A stretch of DNA of 64,000 nucleotides from Octopus sinensis (GCF_006345805.1 NC_043005.1:45260001-45324000); one strand, 5' to 3'. Positions 1-12,880 are shown, numbered from the stretch's first letter. Numbers and translations: made by a program. The notes: generated by a model not told the origin, from the letters alone.

Positions 1-650
1 GTAGATACAGCCCTTTCAAGCTTACTTTGTTTATTCCACTCTTCATTCTTTCGTTGCCCTTCACTAACATTTCCTTGCCTTCTCTTCACACTCACTTTCT
101 CTTCTCTTTTCTCTTCAATGTGTCCTTGTCACTTTTCTCACCCTTCCTTATTTCTTCTGTCGCTCTGCCTTTACCTGTCTCTCTTCTCTGCCCATGTGAT
201 CTGTGTTCAGCCAAGCCTGACCTTTCTTTATTGGCTTGACCTTTGTCCAAGCAACATCTGTATTCCTCCCTGTGCCTGGGAAACCACTTATCCCTGCCAT
301 AAGGCTTTACTTCCACACTTGCTAGAAAGACACCTGTTGTTATATCCTGTTATTTGTATTTGTGTAACATTCTCCATATTTTTCTGTCCTTGCTTTCGTA
401 TACATTCGCTGCTTTCTTCCAAGGAATCTAATGCTCTTAGCTTAGTTTTTCCTTGAAGCTGGCCAGATTGGAGCAATCTCAAGTATACCCAGCTGAAATT
501 GGAAAGATAATCAGGGACTCAACTGAGGAAAGAAAACTCCAAATGACCCGTCCTTGTTTTCTTCGTATGTCTATCTAGATGTTTTGTTGTCCCTTTTTTG
601 TATTACCTAACTGTCTGGAAGTTTTGCGTTCTTGTCCCATTTTGTATTTT
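1..650. repeat. Pyrimidine-rich interspersed repeat terminus, possibly the 3' end of a Penelope-like element
   Basis: Pyrimidine-rich block, then a structured ~200-bp end running into a TA microsatellite. The family assignment is recollection only, and no RT or GIY-YIG motif is visible. Confidence 0.3.
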
Positions 651-659
651 ATGTATATA

Positions 660-714
<55 letters not shown>

Positions 715-1402
715 TATATGTAGATATATATGTAGATATATATATGTACATATATGTAGATATATATGTAGATATATATATGTATATATATATATATACA
801 TTTGTATATACATATATATATATATATAATATATATTATATATATATATGTTTATATATATGTGTGTGTGTATGTGTACTTGTATTTATGTATATATATG
901 TGTGTGTGTGTATGTGTACTTGTATTTATGTATATATATATATGTATATATATATGTATATGTGTGTATATGTATTCATATGTATGTGTGTGTGTGTGTA
1001 TGTGTACTTGTATTTATGTATATATATGTATATATATATGTATATATGTATATGTTCATATATATATATATATGGATATCTATATATGTATATATGCACA
1101 TATATATATATATATACATATATATGTGCATATATGCACATATATGTATATATGCATATATATATGTATATGTATATATGCATATATATATGTATATGTA
1201 TATATGCATATATATATATATGTATATGTATATATGCATATATATATGTATATACATATATCTATATGTATATATGTGTATATGCATGTGTATATATATA
1301 TGTATATGCATATGTATATATGCATGTATATATATTTATATATGTATATGTGCTTATGTATATATATATTATATATATATGCATATATGCATGTATATAT
1401 AT

Positions 1403-1435
<33 letters not shown>

Positions 1436-1951
1436 ATGTTTATATATATGTGTGTGTGTGTATGTGTACTTGTATTTATGTAAATATATGTGTGTGTGTG
1501 TGTATGTGTACTTGTATTTATGTATATATATATATGTATATATATATGTATATGTGTGTATATATATATGTATATATGTATATATATATATATATATATG
1601 GATATCTATATATGTATATATGCACATATATATATATATACACATATATATGTGCATATATGCACATATATGTATATATGCATATATATATGTATATGTA
1701 TATATGCATATATATATGTATATGTATATATGCATATATATATATATGTATATGTATATATGCATATATATATGTATATACATATATCTATATGTATATA
1801 TGTGTATATGCATGTGTATATATATATGTATATGCATATGTATATATGCATGTATATATATTTATATATGTATATGTGCTTATGTATATATATTATATAT
1901 ATATATATATGCATATATGCATGTATATATATTTATATATGTATATGTGCT

Positions 1952-1989
<38 letters not shown>

Positions 1990-2155
1990 TATATGCATAT
2001 ATATCATATATATGCAAATGTATATGCATATAAATGTATATGCACATATATATATATTCATATATACATACAAGTTTATATACATGCATATATAATATAT
2101 ATGCATATATATATATATATATATATATGCATGTGTGTATATGTATTCATATGTA

Positions 2156-2186
<31 letters not shown>

Positions 2187-2190
2187 ATAT
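651..2190. repeat. Complex alternating purine/pyrimidine microsatellite (TA/TG/CA) with higher-order internal repeats
   Basis: Nearly pure (RY)n. Landmarks such as 'ggatatcta' and 'gtacttgtattt' recur. It explains the Y/I/M/C/V-only ORFs. Confidence 0.95.
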
Positions 2191-2792
2191 ATACAATTAA
2201 ATGAATCATGATGCAGTGTCAAACAAAAGTCTATTTTGGGAGGAGAATTTTGTCTTCATATTATTTCTGCAGCAGAAATGTATTCCATTCTGTGCTGCTT
2301 TGGGTAATGTTATTTGTTGCCTTGCAAGTGTATTTGACTGACTGAAACTGAAAGAAACCTGTTGCATGTCTTTTATTTTTTCATCTGGTACTTATTTCAG
2401 TCATTTGACTGCATCAATGCTGGGTCACTGCCTTGAAGAATTTTAATGAAGAGAATCGGCAACAGTACTTATTGTTTGTTTGAAACCTGGTCCTTTTTCT
2501 GTTGGTCTCTTTACCAAAGTGCTAAATTACGGAGATGTAAACACGCCAGCACTGGTTGTCAAGCAGTGATGTTGGAACAAGGGCAAACACAAAGTCATAC
2601 ACATGTAGAAATATATTCATATACGTCAGGCTTCTTTCAGTTTTTGTCTATCAAATCCGTCTGAAAGGCTTGGGTCAGAAGACACCTGCCAAGTGTCACA
2701 CAGTGGGACTGAACCCAGAACCATGTGGTTGGGAAACAAACTTCCTGTGAGTAGATTTCATAGGTGGAAACTGAAAGAAACCTGTTGTGTGT

Positions 2793-2835
<43 letters not shown>

Positions 2836-3316
2836 CATATATATGTATATATATGTATATGTGTGTATATATATATATATGTATATGTGTGTATATGTAT
2901 ATATATATGTATATGTGTGTATATATATATGTATATATATGTATATGTTCATATATATATATATATGGATATCTATATATGTATATATGCACATATATAT
3001 ATATATATACATATATATGTGCATATATGCACATATATGTATATATGCATATATATATGTATATGTATATATGCATATATATATGTATATGTATATATGC
3101 ATATATATATATGTATATGTATATATGCATATATATATGTATATACATATATCTATATGTATATATGTGTATATGCATGTGTATATATATATGTATATGC
3201 ATATGTATATATGCATGTATATATATTTATATATGTATATGTGCTTATGTATATATATATTATATATATATATATGCATATATGCATGTATATATATTTA
3301 TATATGTATATGTGCT

Positions 3317-3354
<38 letters not shown>

Positions 3355-4157
3355 TATATGCATATATATCATATATATGCAAATGTATATGCATATAAAT
3401 GTATATGCACATATATATATATTCATATATACATACAAGTTTATATACATGCATATATAAATATATATGCATATATATATATATATATATATATGCATGT
3501 GTGTATATGTATTCATATGTATGTGTGTGTGTGTGTGTGTGTGTATGTGCATATATACAATTAAATGAATCATGATGCAGTGTCAAACAAAAGTCTATTT
3601 TGGGAGGAGAATTTTGTCTTCATATTATTTCTGCAGCAGAAATGTATTCCATTCTGTGCTGCTTTGGGTAATGTTATTTGTTGCCTTGCAAGTGTATTTG
3701 ACTGACTGAAACTGAAAGAAACCTGTTGCATGTCTTTTATTTTTTCATCTGGTACTTATTTCAGTCATTTGACTGCATCAATGCTGGGTCACTGCCTTGA
3801 AGAATTTTAATGAAGAGAATCGGCAACAGTACTTATTGTTTGTTTGAAACCTGGTCCTTTTTCTGTTGGTCTCTTTACCAAAGTGCTAAATTACGGAGAT
3901 GTAAACACGCCAGCACTGGTTGTCAAGCAGTGATGTTGGAACAAGGGCAAACACAAAGTCATACACATGTAGAAATATATTCATATACGTCAGGCTTCTT
4001 TCAGTTTTTGTCTATCAAATCCGTCTGAAAGGCTTGGGTCAGAAGACACCTGCCAAGTGTCACACAGTGGGACTGAACCCAGAACCATGTGGTTGGGAAA
4101 CAAACTTCCTGTGAGTAGATTTCATAGGTGGAAACTGAAAAGAAACCTGTTGTGTGT

Positions 4158-4170
<13 letters not shown>
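2191..4170. repeat. Direct tandem duplication, period 1364 bp (unique block 2191-2790 repeated at 3555-4170, with satellite between)
   Basis: Identical ORFs at 2446/3810, 2556/3920 and 2693/4057, all offset by 1364. Confidence 0.95.
2385..2745 (-). mobile_element. tRNA-derived SINE family T1, diverged (duplicate copy at 3749-4109)
   Basis: Reverse complement of the T1 body and tail (cagtgggactgaaccc, ttcagtcatttgactgc). Confidence 0.8.
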
Positions 4171-4198
<28 letters not shown>

Positions 4199-4244
4199 CA
4201 TATATATGTATATATCTGTATGTGTGTATACACAAACATGTACA

Positions 4245-4430
4245 CACCACACACATAACCATTTTCCAATGTTGGCATATTTTGAACAGCTTGATAAACT
4301 TGATAGGAACCAATGAGCCAGAGAGCTCCAGTATCTGCTTTGGCAATGTTTCTATAGCTGGATACTGTTCCTAGTGCCAACCACTTTACAGAGTGTACTG
4401 CGTGCATTTTTCTCTTTTGTCTGTGCATGG
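4245..4430 (-). mobile_element. Degenerate RTE LINE 3'-UTR fragment
   Basis: 'ccaaccactttacagagtgtact' block shared with the other RTE tails in the window. Confidence 0.55.
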
Positions 4431-4879
4431 CATCAACACCAGACAAGATCCATCCACTGAGTGGGGATGTAGTACAAAAGGATGTGAGAGTATGATTGGT
4501 GGAAAGGAATGGGTGTGTTGCTGAAAAGATGAATTCATGGTTTCTCCAGCTAGAAAGGGAGAAGGAGATAGCAGAGATGTACCCTCAAGGTACAAGGTGA
4601 AGATGAGAGAGAGAGAGAGATAATAGAGATGAAGGAGCCAAAAAGATGGGTGGCAGTTAAGCGTACTAATGCATGATAAGAGTGTGACAGAAGATTGGAG
4701 ATGAAGGTTTAAGATAGATGCATTGAATATCAATTTGGAGGAGAGAAACATGAAGGAAATTAGAGTGGATCAAGGAGGATGAGGAGGTAATATGGATAAA
4801 GTGTGAAGTGAAGGGGGAAGAAATAGTATCATTCACAGCAGCTGAATGAGTAGTACCATAGTTGAGATTGATTGAGGGA

Positions 4880-5600
4880 TGGGTGTTAGAAGATGAGTTT
4901 TGGGAGAAGTCTTGACTGGATCCTATTTTTGCTGAGATGGAGGGTTTTTCTCAAGCACAACTTATCACTCTTCATCTCAGCCTTTTTATCATCTCCTCCA
5001 CAAGGCTCAACATTCTGAGGTTGGTCTTCACTACTATATCCTATGTCTTTTTGGGTCTTATTCTTCCACAAATTCCATTCATATTTATTGATCAGCACTT
5101 CTTTATGTTGCTGTCATCATTCATCTACATCACATGACCATACCAATCTTTTGCCCAAATTTTGTGCTTAGTTTTACATGCACTCTCACATTGCACATTC
5201 AGTGAAACATACCAGCTTCATTTCTTTCTTGTCTTTAACTGTTATCTGCTTTCATGGCCCAAGTTTCACAACCATATTGCATTCTTGTTCATGCACAAGC
5301 ATCATACAATCTGCTTTTCAGTCTGAGAGAGAGGTAACAGTTCTCTGAACTTTCTCCAGTCACTTATTATTCTAGTGACTATATTTTCAGCACATCTGGT
5401 AATTAGGTCTCTTAGGTAATAGAAGCTATTTCCTACCTCTAAGGATTATCCTGGACATTCCAGAAAATCTACTTCTTATGTATTTTTAATGTTTATTGCA
5501 TCTGCTGCAAACATAGTTTACTTTCTCTGTTGACTTTCCTGTGATTTTACGGCACCTTATATGTCCACAGATTGCACAGAGTACACCATATGGAATTCCT
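4880..5600 (-). mobile_element. Decayed RTE LINE ORF2 C-terminal fragment
   Basis: Minus-strand translation gives WRKFRELLPL, RLYDAC, YGCETWA, ERNEA and WYGHVM, which are typical post-RT RTE motifs. Stops and frameshifts are present. Confidence 0.8.
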
Positions 5601-5685
5601 ATTTACACCTGTTCTACATATTTAACATGGCCATTTTACATGTATGCATGTGTGTGTGTGTGTGTATATATATATATTTCATAAT

Positions 5686-6110
5686 CTTCATCGTTTAATG
5701 TCCATTTTCCATGCTGCATGGGTTGGACGGTTTGACATGAAGCTGGCAAGCTGGGAGCTGTCCAAACTCCAGTCGTCTGTGGTGGCATGATTTCTGTGGC
5801 TGGATGCCCTTCCTAACACTAACCACTTAACAAAGTGTGCTAGGTGCTTCTTATGTGCCAGTGGCACAGGTGCATTTATGCAGCACCAGCATGGGTGTCT
5901 CCTATGTGACACTGGCACCTGACAGGACTAGCCTGTATGTGTGGAAGACAGCAATTTTACTTAGTTTGACACGTCATATTAAGTACAGCAAATCGCCACA
6001 TCTCCCAGTCCCTTGTCATTTCCTCAGGGAGGCCCAACATCCAATGATGCTTTCTCACCACCTCATCCCTTGGTCTTCCTGGGTACCCCTTCCACAGGTA
6101 CCTCCACAAA
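5686..6110 (-). mobile_element. 5'-truncated RTE LINE (ORF2 end plus 3'-UTR with (GAT)n tail)
   Basis: ORF 5957-6388 ends GRPR..DEVVRK..MLGLPEEMTRDWEMWRFAVLNMTCQTK*, followed by the 'ttaggaagggcatccagc...ttaaacgatga' UTR. This links the short (CAT)n-tailed repeats in the window to RTE. Confidence 0.85.
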
Positions 6111-6124
6111 AGAGAGCTTGACAC

Positions 6125-6400
6125 TTCTTTACACAGTTGTTTGTGTTTATATGTATGTGTGTGTGTGTTTTTGTATATATGTATATGTGTTTGTGTACTT
6201 AAGTAGGTGTGTGTGTTTTGTGTATATATATGTGTGTGTTTTGTATATATATGTATGTGTGTGTGTTTGTGTATGTGTGTGTGTGTTTGTTTATATATAT
6301 ATGTATGTGTTTGTGTATGTATGTGTGTGTGTTTGTTTATATATATATGTATGTGTTTGTGTATATGTGTGTTTGTATTTATATGCATGTGTGTCTGAAT
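6125..6400. repeat. (TG/TA)n microsatellite
   Basis: Direct reading. Confidence 0.9.
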
Positions 6401-6659
6401 ATGTATTTGTCATGTTTATCCATGTCCTGACATCACATGATGGTTGTAAACGAAAATGTTGTCATTGCCAGTATTCTGTGAAAAACTTGTCAGCCTTGGG
6501 GAAATGTCCTCTATCTTGAAGACAAGTGAAGTTAGTGACAGGAAGAGCATTTGGTTGTTGAAAATCTACCTAGATGAATGTCATCCGACTCGTGCAGTCC
6601 TGGAAAAGTAAACACTGAGATGGTAGTTATGATGATTGTATGTATGTATGTATGTTCTC

Positions 6660-9600
6660 CTCTATTTATAATTTAGTGAGCTGGTTTCCAACAAAGATAT
6701 AAAGCTCCATCATTGGAATGTAGATAAAAAAAAACAATTTCTCATAATGAACTGGAGAAGAGTCTTGCATATGTTTACTCTTCCTCTTATAAATTGTATT
6801 TGTACTGTGTGAATTAGCTGGTTGATTTTTTTTTTCTTTCCTGAAAATCCTAGCTTTTCCAGATTTTCACCAAGGCTTTTACAAACAAATCCAAGTGCAC
6901 CAACTATTATGGGTGTAAATGTGAATTTATGATTTGGATATAGAAGCTGGTCCATTAGTATTCTCTTCTTTTTTTTTGAGCTTAAAGATATTCACCTGTC
7001 AAGCCAAGTGAAATCATAGTCATGGCCGGAAGCCGGTGTCACATAACTGGCACTTGTGCTGGTGGCACATAAAAAACACCCTTCAAACATTGGACCTCAT
7101 GGAAGTAATGACTGGTGACCAAGACCTTCAGCAATATGCCATGCTGGAGAAGACTTGTCAAGCCAAGTGAAATCTTAGTTGTGGCTGATGCCGGTGTCAT
7201 GTAACTGACACCCACTACACTCTTGGAGTGGTTGGTATTAGGAAGGGCATCCAACCATAGAAACCATGCCAAATCAGATTGGAACCTGGTGCAGCTCTCT
7301 AGTTTACCAGTTTCAGTCAAACCACCTAACCTATGCCAGCATAGAAAGCTGATGCTAAATGTTGATGATAATGATGATTCACATCAAGAGATCAGCTGAC
7401 CTCCAAGACAGTACATACTTTTTCTTCCTTGTCCCAAGCAACTATATTCAACTTGTTATGTTTGCACTTGGTAGAAGTTTTGATGAGAATGTTCTACCAA
7501 TATTTCTTGTGTTGACGTTTATGTTTGTACTCAATGAGAGTAGGATTTTATTTATTTATCCAAGGGCAATCCTAATTTCAGATGGTATTTTATATTGCTT
7601 CAACAACAATATTGTGTTGCTTTGTGTAGTAGTTTCCTGATGACATCTAGAGCAATTGCTGATGACATGTGTGATGTCTTCCACAAAAATGTTGCATATG
7701 TATATTTTCAATTGCATCTTGGGGAACTAAGAACTTCACTGTCTCTTATGTTCATTAGGTATTTGATAACAGTCTCCTGCTGTTGGATTGTAATGGCAAA
7801 AGCCTTCGAAGTATGATGTGATATAACAAAGTTCAAGAAAGGCTGTACTTTATGTTAATATTAGTGTCATGTTCAAGTCTTCAGGAAACATACCTATGCA
7901 TAGTCTTTTTTTTTTGTACTTTGAGCATTGTACATCAACGTCTTCTTCAAGATCCAGCTGTTTTAACATTGTATATGAGGTCGTCAAGAAGAGAGTGCTC
8001 TCTGAGGAGCTCACTGACAACGTGTACAATGTTGCTCTATTTGCTTTTCAGCACTAGATTTATAGATTTATATTTGCTACTTTTGTTTAGCAGGTGTTGT
8101 CTGAGAGATATCATGCAACATTCAAAGGCTGCCTGCACCAATCTCAATTTTCCACCTTCTTCCACTTTTCTGAAATAGAGCCTGTTTATATCACTATTTC
8201 TGTGGAAGTTTCCAGTTGATGTTCAGATTTTGCCAGTTTTAATGCCTATGGAGTGAATTTCCTCTACAGACCAATCAAGTATTTCAAATGAATATTCTAG
8301 TACTACTAATGCATTGTGGAAAAATTGTCATGTTATAAGAGAAGAGCTCTGACTGTCCTATTTCCTTAAGTCTTGTGTAATATTTTCAGGTCAGTTTATC
8401 TTTGTATTTCATCATTGTCTAGGCATTTGTAGCATACTTTGTGTGGAACAAAAGAAACAGAGAAACTGTTGATGCACGCGTTTTGAGTTTCAGGGGTTGA
8501 CTTTCCATGTTCCATGGTCAAATACGAACATGTCTTTTGCGAAATTCCATTCCTATCGCAGCTGAAAATATTATCATTAACTCCAGCTGTTTTTTGACAT
8601 TGTTAACATTCTTAGCATAGATTTCCTGGTCATCCATGAAGAAATTCTGGGTTATATTTGTATCTCTAGCTGTTGCAGACCCTAACATGTAGCCACTAGA
8701 TTTTTGTAAAAGAAATGATGACCAATTTAATGCCAAAATAGACAGAATTACAAAAACGACTATCTCCTTGGAATAGTACTTTTGAAATATTTATAACTTC
8801 AGAGACAATAATTTTACTCTCAATTATGAGTGTGAGGATTGTTGGTCAGGTCTTTGTGAGCCTTTCAATGACAGTGATTAAGGCAGCAAGTACTTTTACC
8901 AAGGGAATTAGAGTTGAATGCTTCCCTATAATCAAGCCACAAGTTTTCTGTAGTGTTTCCTTGCTTTGGACAGCACAGTTTTGTTTACCAAAAGTTGTTT
9001 GGCATATCTTCACACTCCATTCTTTGTACCTACCTGCTCATCAGTCACTATGCTGTTGGTCTCACAATAATTGTGGAAGAATTGGTTGAGACAGCTTGTG
9101 TTATAGCTTTTTCATGATGTTTTGACAGGTGATGGGGCCTATAGTTTTCTGCCAATTTGATGGTTTCCTTTTTGGCTACTAGTTCCATCCATACTATAAC
9201 AAGCCAATTTAGTTTGTCAATTTGGCCTTCCATAGTTCTTCTTAATATCAATATAAATAGCTTTCTGTGTACTAGTATCCAGTTATTGGGTCTTTTCCAG
9301 GTGGTTTCCATTATCCAGTTTGCATGTAGCTAATGTCAAAGTTTCAGGATCGCTTGTGTTTTACTGTCAAAATTGGTGTATTTTAGCTGTGATAGATTTT
9401 GATTGAAAGCTCACTTTTCATTCAAGATCTTAGACAAGAATGTTTCGAGGTCTTCTTCAGAAGTGGCTTTCTTAACTAATATTTTACTTCCTCATCTCTG
9501 AGGATAATCTCTATGGACTGGAAGCAAATTTATAATGACTAGAAGAATATTGAGTGAAACCTGATAATCAGTTGATCTAGCAAGTGGTGCCTCATTTCAT

Positions 9601-9660
9601 TGAGTGGGACCAGTGCACAATGATGCTGTCAAGAAGTAAACCCTGAAACAGTGCACATTC
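6660..9660 (-). mobile_element. Decayed R4/Dong-clade non-LTR retrotransposon (RT, CCHC zinc knuckle, restriction-like endonuclease)
   Basis: Minus-strand peptides: LVAKKETIKLAENYRP (RT start), NFFMDDQEIYAKN (catalytic xxDD), EDITHVISNC (CCHC end), HNKLNIVAWDKEEKVCTVLEVS (PD-(D/E)xK region, PD mutated), and PIIVGALG..LEKLGFS..ICKTLL (C-terminus). Many stops. Confidence 0.85.
6996..7376 (+). mobile_element. 5'-truncated RTE 3' end nested in the R4/Dong element, with ATTCAC target-site duplication
   Basis: ATTCAC occurs at 6990-6995 and 7377-7382. Removing the insert rejoins ...EVS*SLDVNI... The insert has the RTE UTR and a gatgat tail. Confidence 0.85.
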
Positions 9661-9799
9661 TCTCCTGATGACCCCCATAAACTTGCTAGCATCTGTTATG
9701 CAGAGCTTTCAACTGGTAGCACTTGCCTCAGCAAGATGTTTGCAAAAAAATCTACTGGTTCACTCATATTTTCCTTTGATAATGAAGTTTCCATTCAGC

Positions 9800-10125
9800 A
9801 CCCATGGTTTGAGATTTGCAGTAACTAGCTTTCTAAGTCCTTTTATGTCCAGTTTTTTTTTCTCTCGGCACATTTATACTTCCTTGTTTATGCTCACTAA
9901 CAATGCACATTCAGTGGGGCTTGCTGGCTTAATTTCTTTCTTGTTTTTGCATATCGTTTGCATTCTGAGTCACATCTTACCATGTAGCATTACAGATCAT
10001 GCACAAGCATCATACAATGTCTTTCACTCTGAGAGAGAAACTTTTCGTTACTAACTGAGATAATAGGTCACTGAATTTCTTCACTTACTTCTTATTCTAG
10101 TATTATACTCTCAGAACAGTCTCCT
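9800..10125 (-). mobile_element. Decayed RTE ORF2 fragment
   Basis: LYDACA..VMLHG and REK..LDIKG motifs, parallel to 4880-5600. Confidence 0.65.
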
Positions 10126-10149
10126 TCACTATCTATCTGTCTGTCTGTC

Positions 10150-10435
10150 TATCTCACATGACCACCCAGACTATAAGATGTTGTTATACATCGCTGATCA
10201 CAATGTACTTCTGCATTGTTTTAGCTACCCTGCTGGCTCAGCAAGCAGGCCAACGTTTCCTCCAATCAGACGGTGATTCTAGCACAGGGTTACCCATTTA
10301 TAGTTGAGCTTACTAGAGCAATGTGAAATTAAGTGTTTTGCTCAAGAGCACAGCTTGCTGCCCAGTCTGGGAATCAAACCATTGATCTAGCAATTGTGAG
10401 TGCAGTACCCCAACCACTAGGCCACACACTTTCAC
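10150..10435 (-). mobile_element. tRNA-derived SINE family T2, diverged
   Basis: Shares its tail (gatgttgttatacatcgctgatcacaatg) and head (ccagtctgggaatcaaacc) with the 15604-15908 copy. Confidence 0.7.
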
Positions 10436-10499
10436 TATACTTAAGAGCACAATATGCTGTCTTGTCGTAACTGAAAAGTTCCAGAGTGACTAGTACCAA

Positions 10500-10790
10500 A
10501 CTTTAGCATTGGAAATTATACAAATCTTTGAAACAGGTGCTATTGCAAATTTCAGAAGTTTACCTTCCCTTCACTCAAACATTAGACCAAAGCACTGAAA
10601 AAGCCTGGCTTTTGAGGGTCCACATCTTCAGTGTTCTCCCTGAAAGTATAAGGGATGTATGTGGGTTTCATGTCAAAACTTTTAAAAAGAATTTGGACAT
10701 CTTACTTCACATAAACCCATATGAGCTTATGTCACAACTGAAGATAGAGATTAGGGTGTCAATATGGAACCATCTTCTTCATTAAATACA
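10500..10790 (+). mobile_element. Degenerate CR1-group LINE ORF2 3' fragment
   Basis: ORF 10528-10785 (FSVLPESIRDV...FKKNLDILL) parallels FNILPKCLRNL...FKTKLDLFL of the 20414-21805 element. Confidence 0.65.
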
Positions 10791-11274
10791 GTATGCGTTA
10801 GTGCATCGGTAAAATGGATATTGTGGTGGTACTCCATTGTAGCTACACCTGAATAACTGAAATTGGTAAAAGAACAAAATAATTTATTTGTATATGTATA
10901 TAATACAATATTTGTATATTTGAAACAGTCCATGTAGCAAAATTATCATCCTTTTCACTATTTTCTTTTTATTTTATAGTCTTTAACAATGAAGAGGGGG
11001 GGGATATATCTTCCATGTCATCTTTAATGTACATTTGGTTTTTCTTGTAGGAATGTGTATGTCTGCATGTGTGCATATGTCTGTGCTTATATATATATAT
11101 GTGTGTGTGTGTGTGTTTATATTTATATGTTTTTATTTTTAAAGCTTTCTTGGTAGTAAGTTTGCCTTATGGATTTGCGAAAATAAGTTGTAATATGTCT
11201 GGATTACATTTAGTAAAAATATTTACCAAGATAATGTTTCTTGTCTCTTTTTTGTTTTTGTCATATTTCCATGT

Positions 11275-11278
<4 letters not shown>

Positions 11279-11323
<45 letters not shown>

Positions 11324-11462
11324 GTATATATACATACATACATATATATGTGTATATATGCATACATACACATATATATGTATATATATATATATATATA
11401 TAATATATATATATATTATATATATATATATATACATACATAGATTCATATATATATATATA
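11279..11462. repeat. (CT)n followed by (AT)n microsatellite
   Basis: Direct reading. Confidence 0.95.
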
Positions 11463-12494
11463 AAACAGAAAACTGCTGACAGCAGTCTGTGAAAAAGAAA
11501 GGCTTTAAAGTATCAGTTTTGTTAAAATGATTTCTTTTAAGCATGTAATCTTCCTGATTTTGTTTCTAGAATAACTAAAAACAACATAAAACTTAATTCA
11601 TTTGTTATTATTATACTTATTTTTTTTTATATGTGTGTGTGTGTGTGTGTATGTGTATGTACATCAAGGTTTTATTGGCGTTTCAACCGTACTAAAATCT
11701 TACCACCACCATTAATTACTAAACTGCTGATTCAACATATATTGTGTTTCTGTAAACCAAACAAACAGTTTGTTTTCATGATTCATATGTACTTAGAGTA
11801 AAACACAATACAACTGGAAAAGATGCATCATTTGCAGTCCATATTGATATAAATACTGACATTATTTAATTTTGTATTTATATGTTTTCTTTTTTGCTTT
11901 GTATTATTACAGTTCTGTATGCAAAAGCTTTATGTTTGGCTGCTATTTTGAACGAAAGTGACATTGTATAGTTCTTCCATTCTTCTGTATGAAGTTTTCA
12001 CTTGATTAATCATTTGTGGGGAATTTTTTTCTTATGTCTAGCAGTGGGCAGTAAAGTTATGGATTTAAAGACAGTTAAAAAGGCTGCTGCCTGCTGAAAA
12101 ATGACATTTTCTTTAATAAGTCTGTTAAGTGGGTGGAGTTTGCAGTCAGTGGCAGCTTCTGCTGCAATTGGTTGCACTGCAGTTTTGATGCATTTCTTAA
12201 CATTTGTGCAAATCAGTAAGAAGATGTGTTTGTTGGTTTCTTCCTTTTTTTCTTTCTTTTAAATGAGAGTGACGAGGAGATAGCATGACTGTAAGTGCGC
12301 AGTGAGTTGAATGAAATGTGAAGCATTCATGTGAAATACATAGCCTTGCCAATTAATCCTTGAATAACTTATACGTACATGTGTCAGTATATAAATTTTT
12401 CTTATTCATCTTTCAATTCTGTAATCTAGTAACACCATGTTAGACAGTGTGCATATGTGTGAGTGTATATACACACATGCACGCACACACCTAA

Positions 12495-12880
12495 GTGCAG
12501 GTATGGCTGTGTGGTAAGAAACTTGCTTCCCAACCACACAGTTCCAGGTTCAGTCCCACTGTGTGGCATCTTGGGCAAGTGTCTTCTGCTATAGTCTCAG
12601 GCTGGCCAAAGCCTTGTGAGTGGATTTTGTAGACAGAAACTGAAAGAAGCCCCAGTGTGTGTGTGGGTGTTTCTTTGTGTTTGTGTTTGTCCAGCCACCA
12701 TCATTTGACAACCGGTGTTGATATGTTTACATCCCTGTCAGCTAGTGTTTCAGCAAAAGAGACCAGTTTAAAAACAAAAAAAATTAGTACTGAGGTCAAT
12801 TCATTTGACTAAAAGTTCTTCAAGGTACTGCTCCAACATGGCCACAGTCTAATGACTGAAATACATACAAGATTAAAGAT
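12495..12880 (+). mobile_element. SINE family T1, full length
   Basis: A-box tggctgtgtggtaag, B-box ggttcagtccc, central cttgggcaagtgtctt and tail catggccacagtctaatgactgaaa. Confidence 0.85.

Noticed and set aside
579-3586. Long ORFs of up to 484 aa (Y/I/M/C/V/H-rich); similar ORFs at 16834, 19293-20429 and 21462-22952
   Set aside because: They are translations of (TA/TG/CA)n satellite, which lacks stop codons in several frames.
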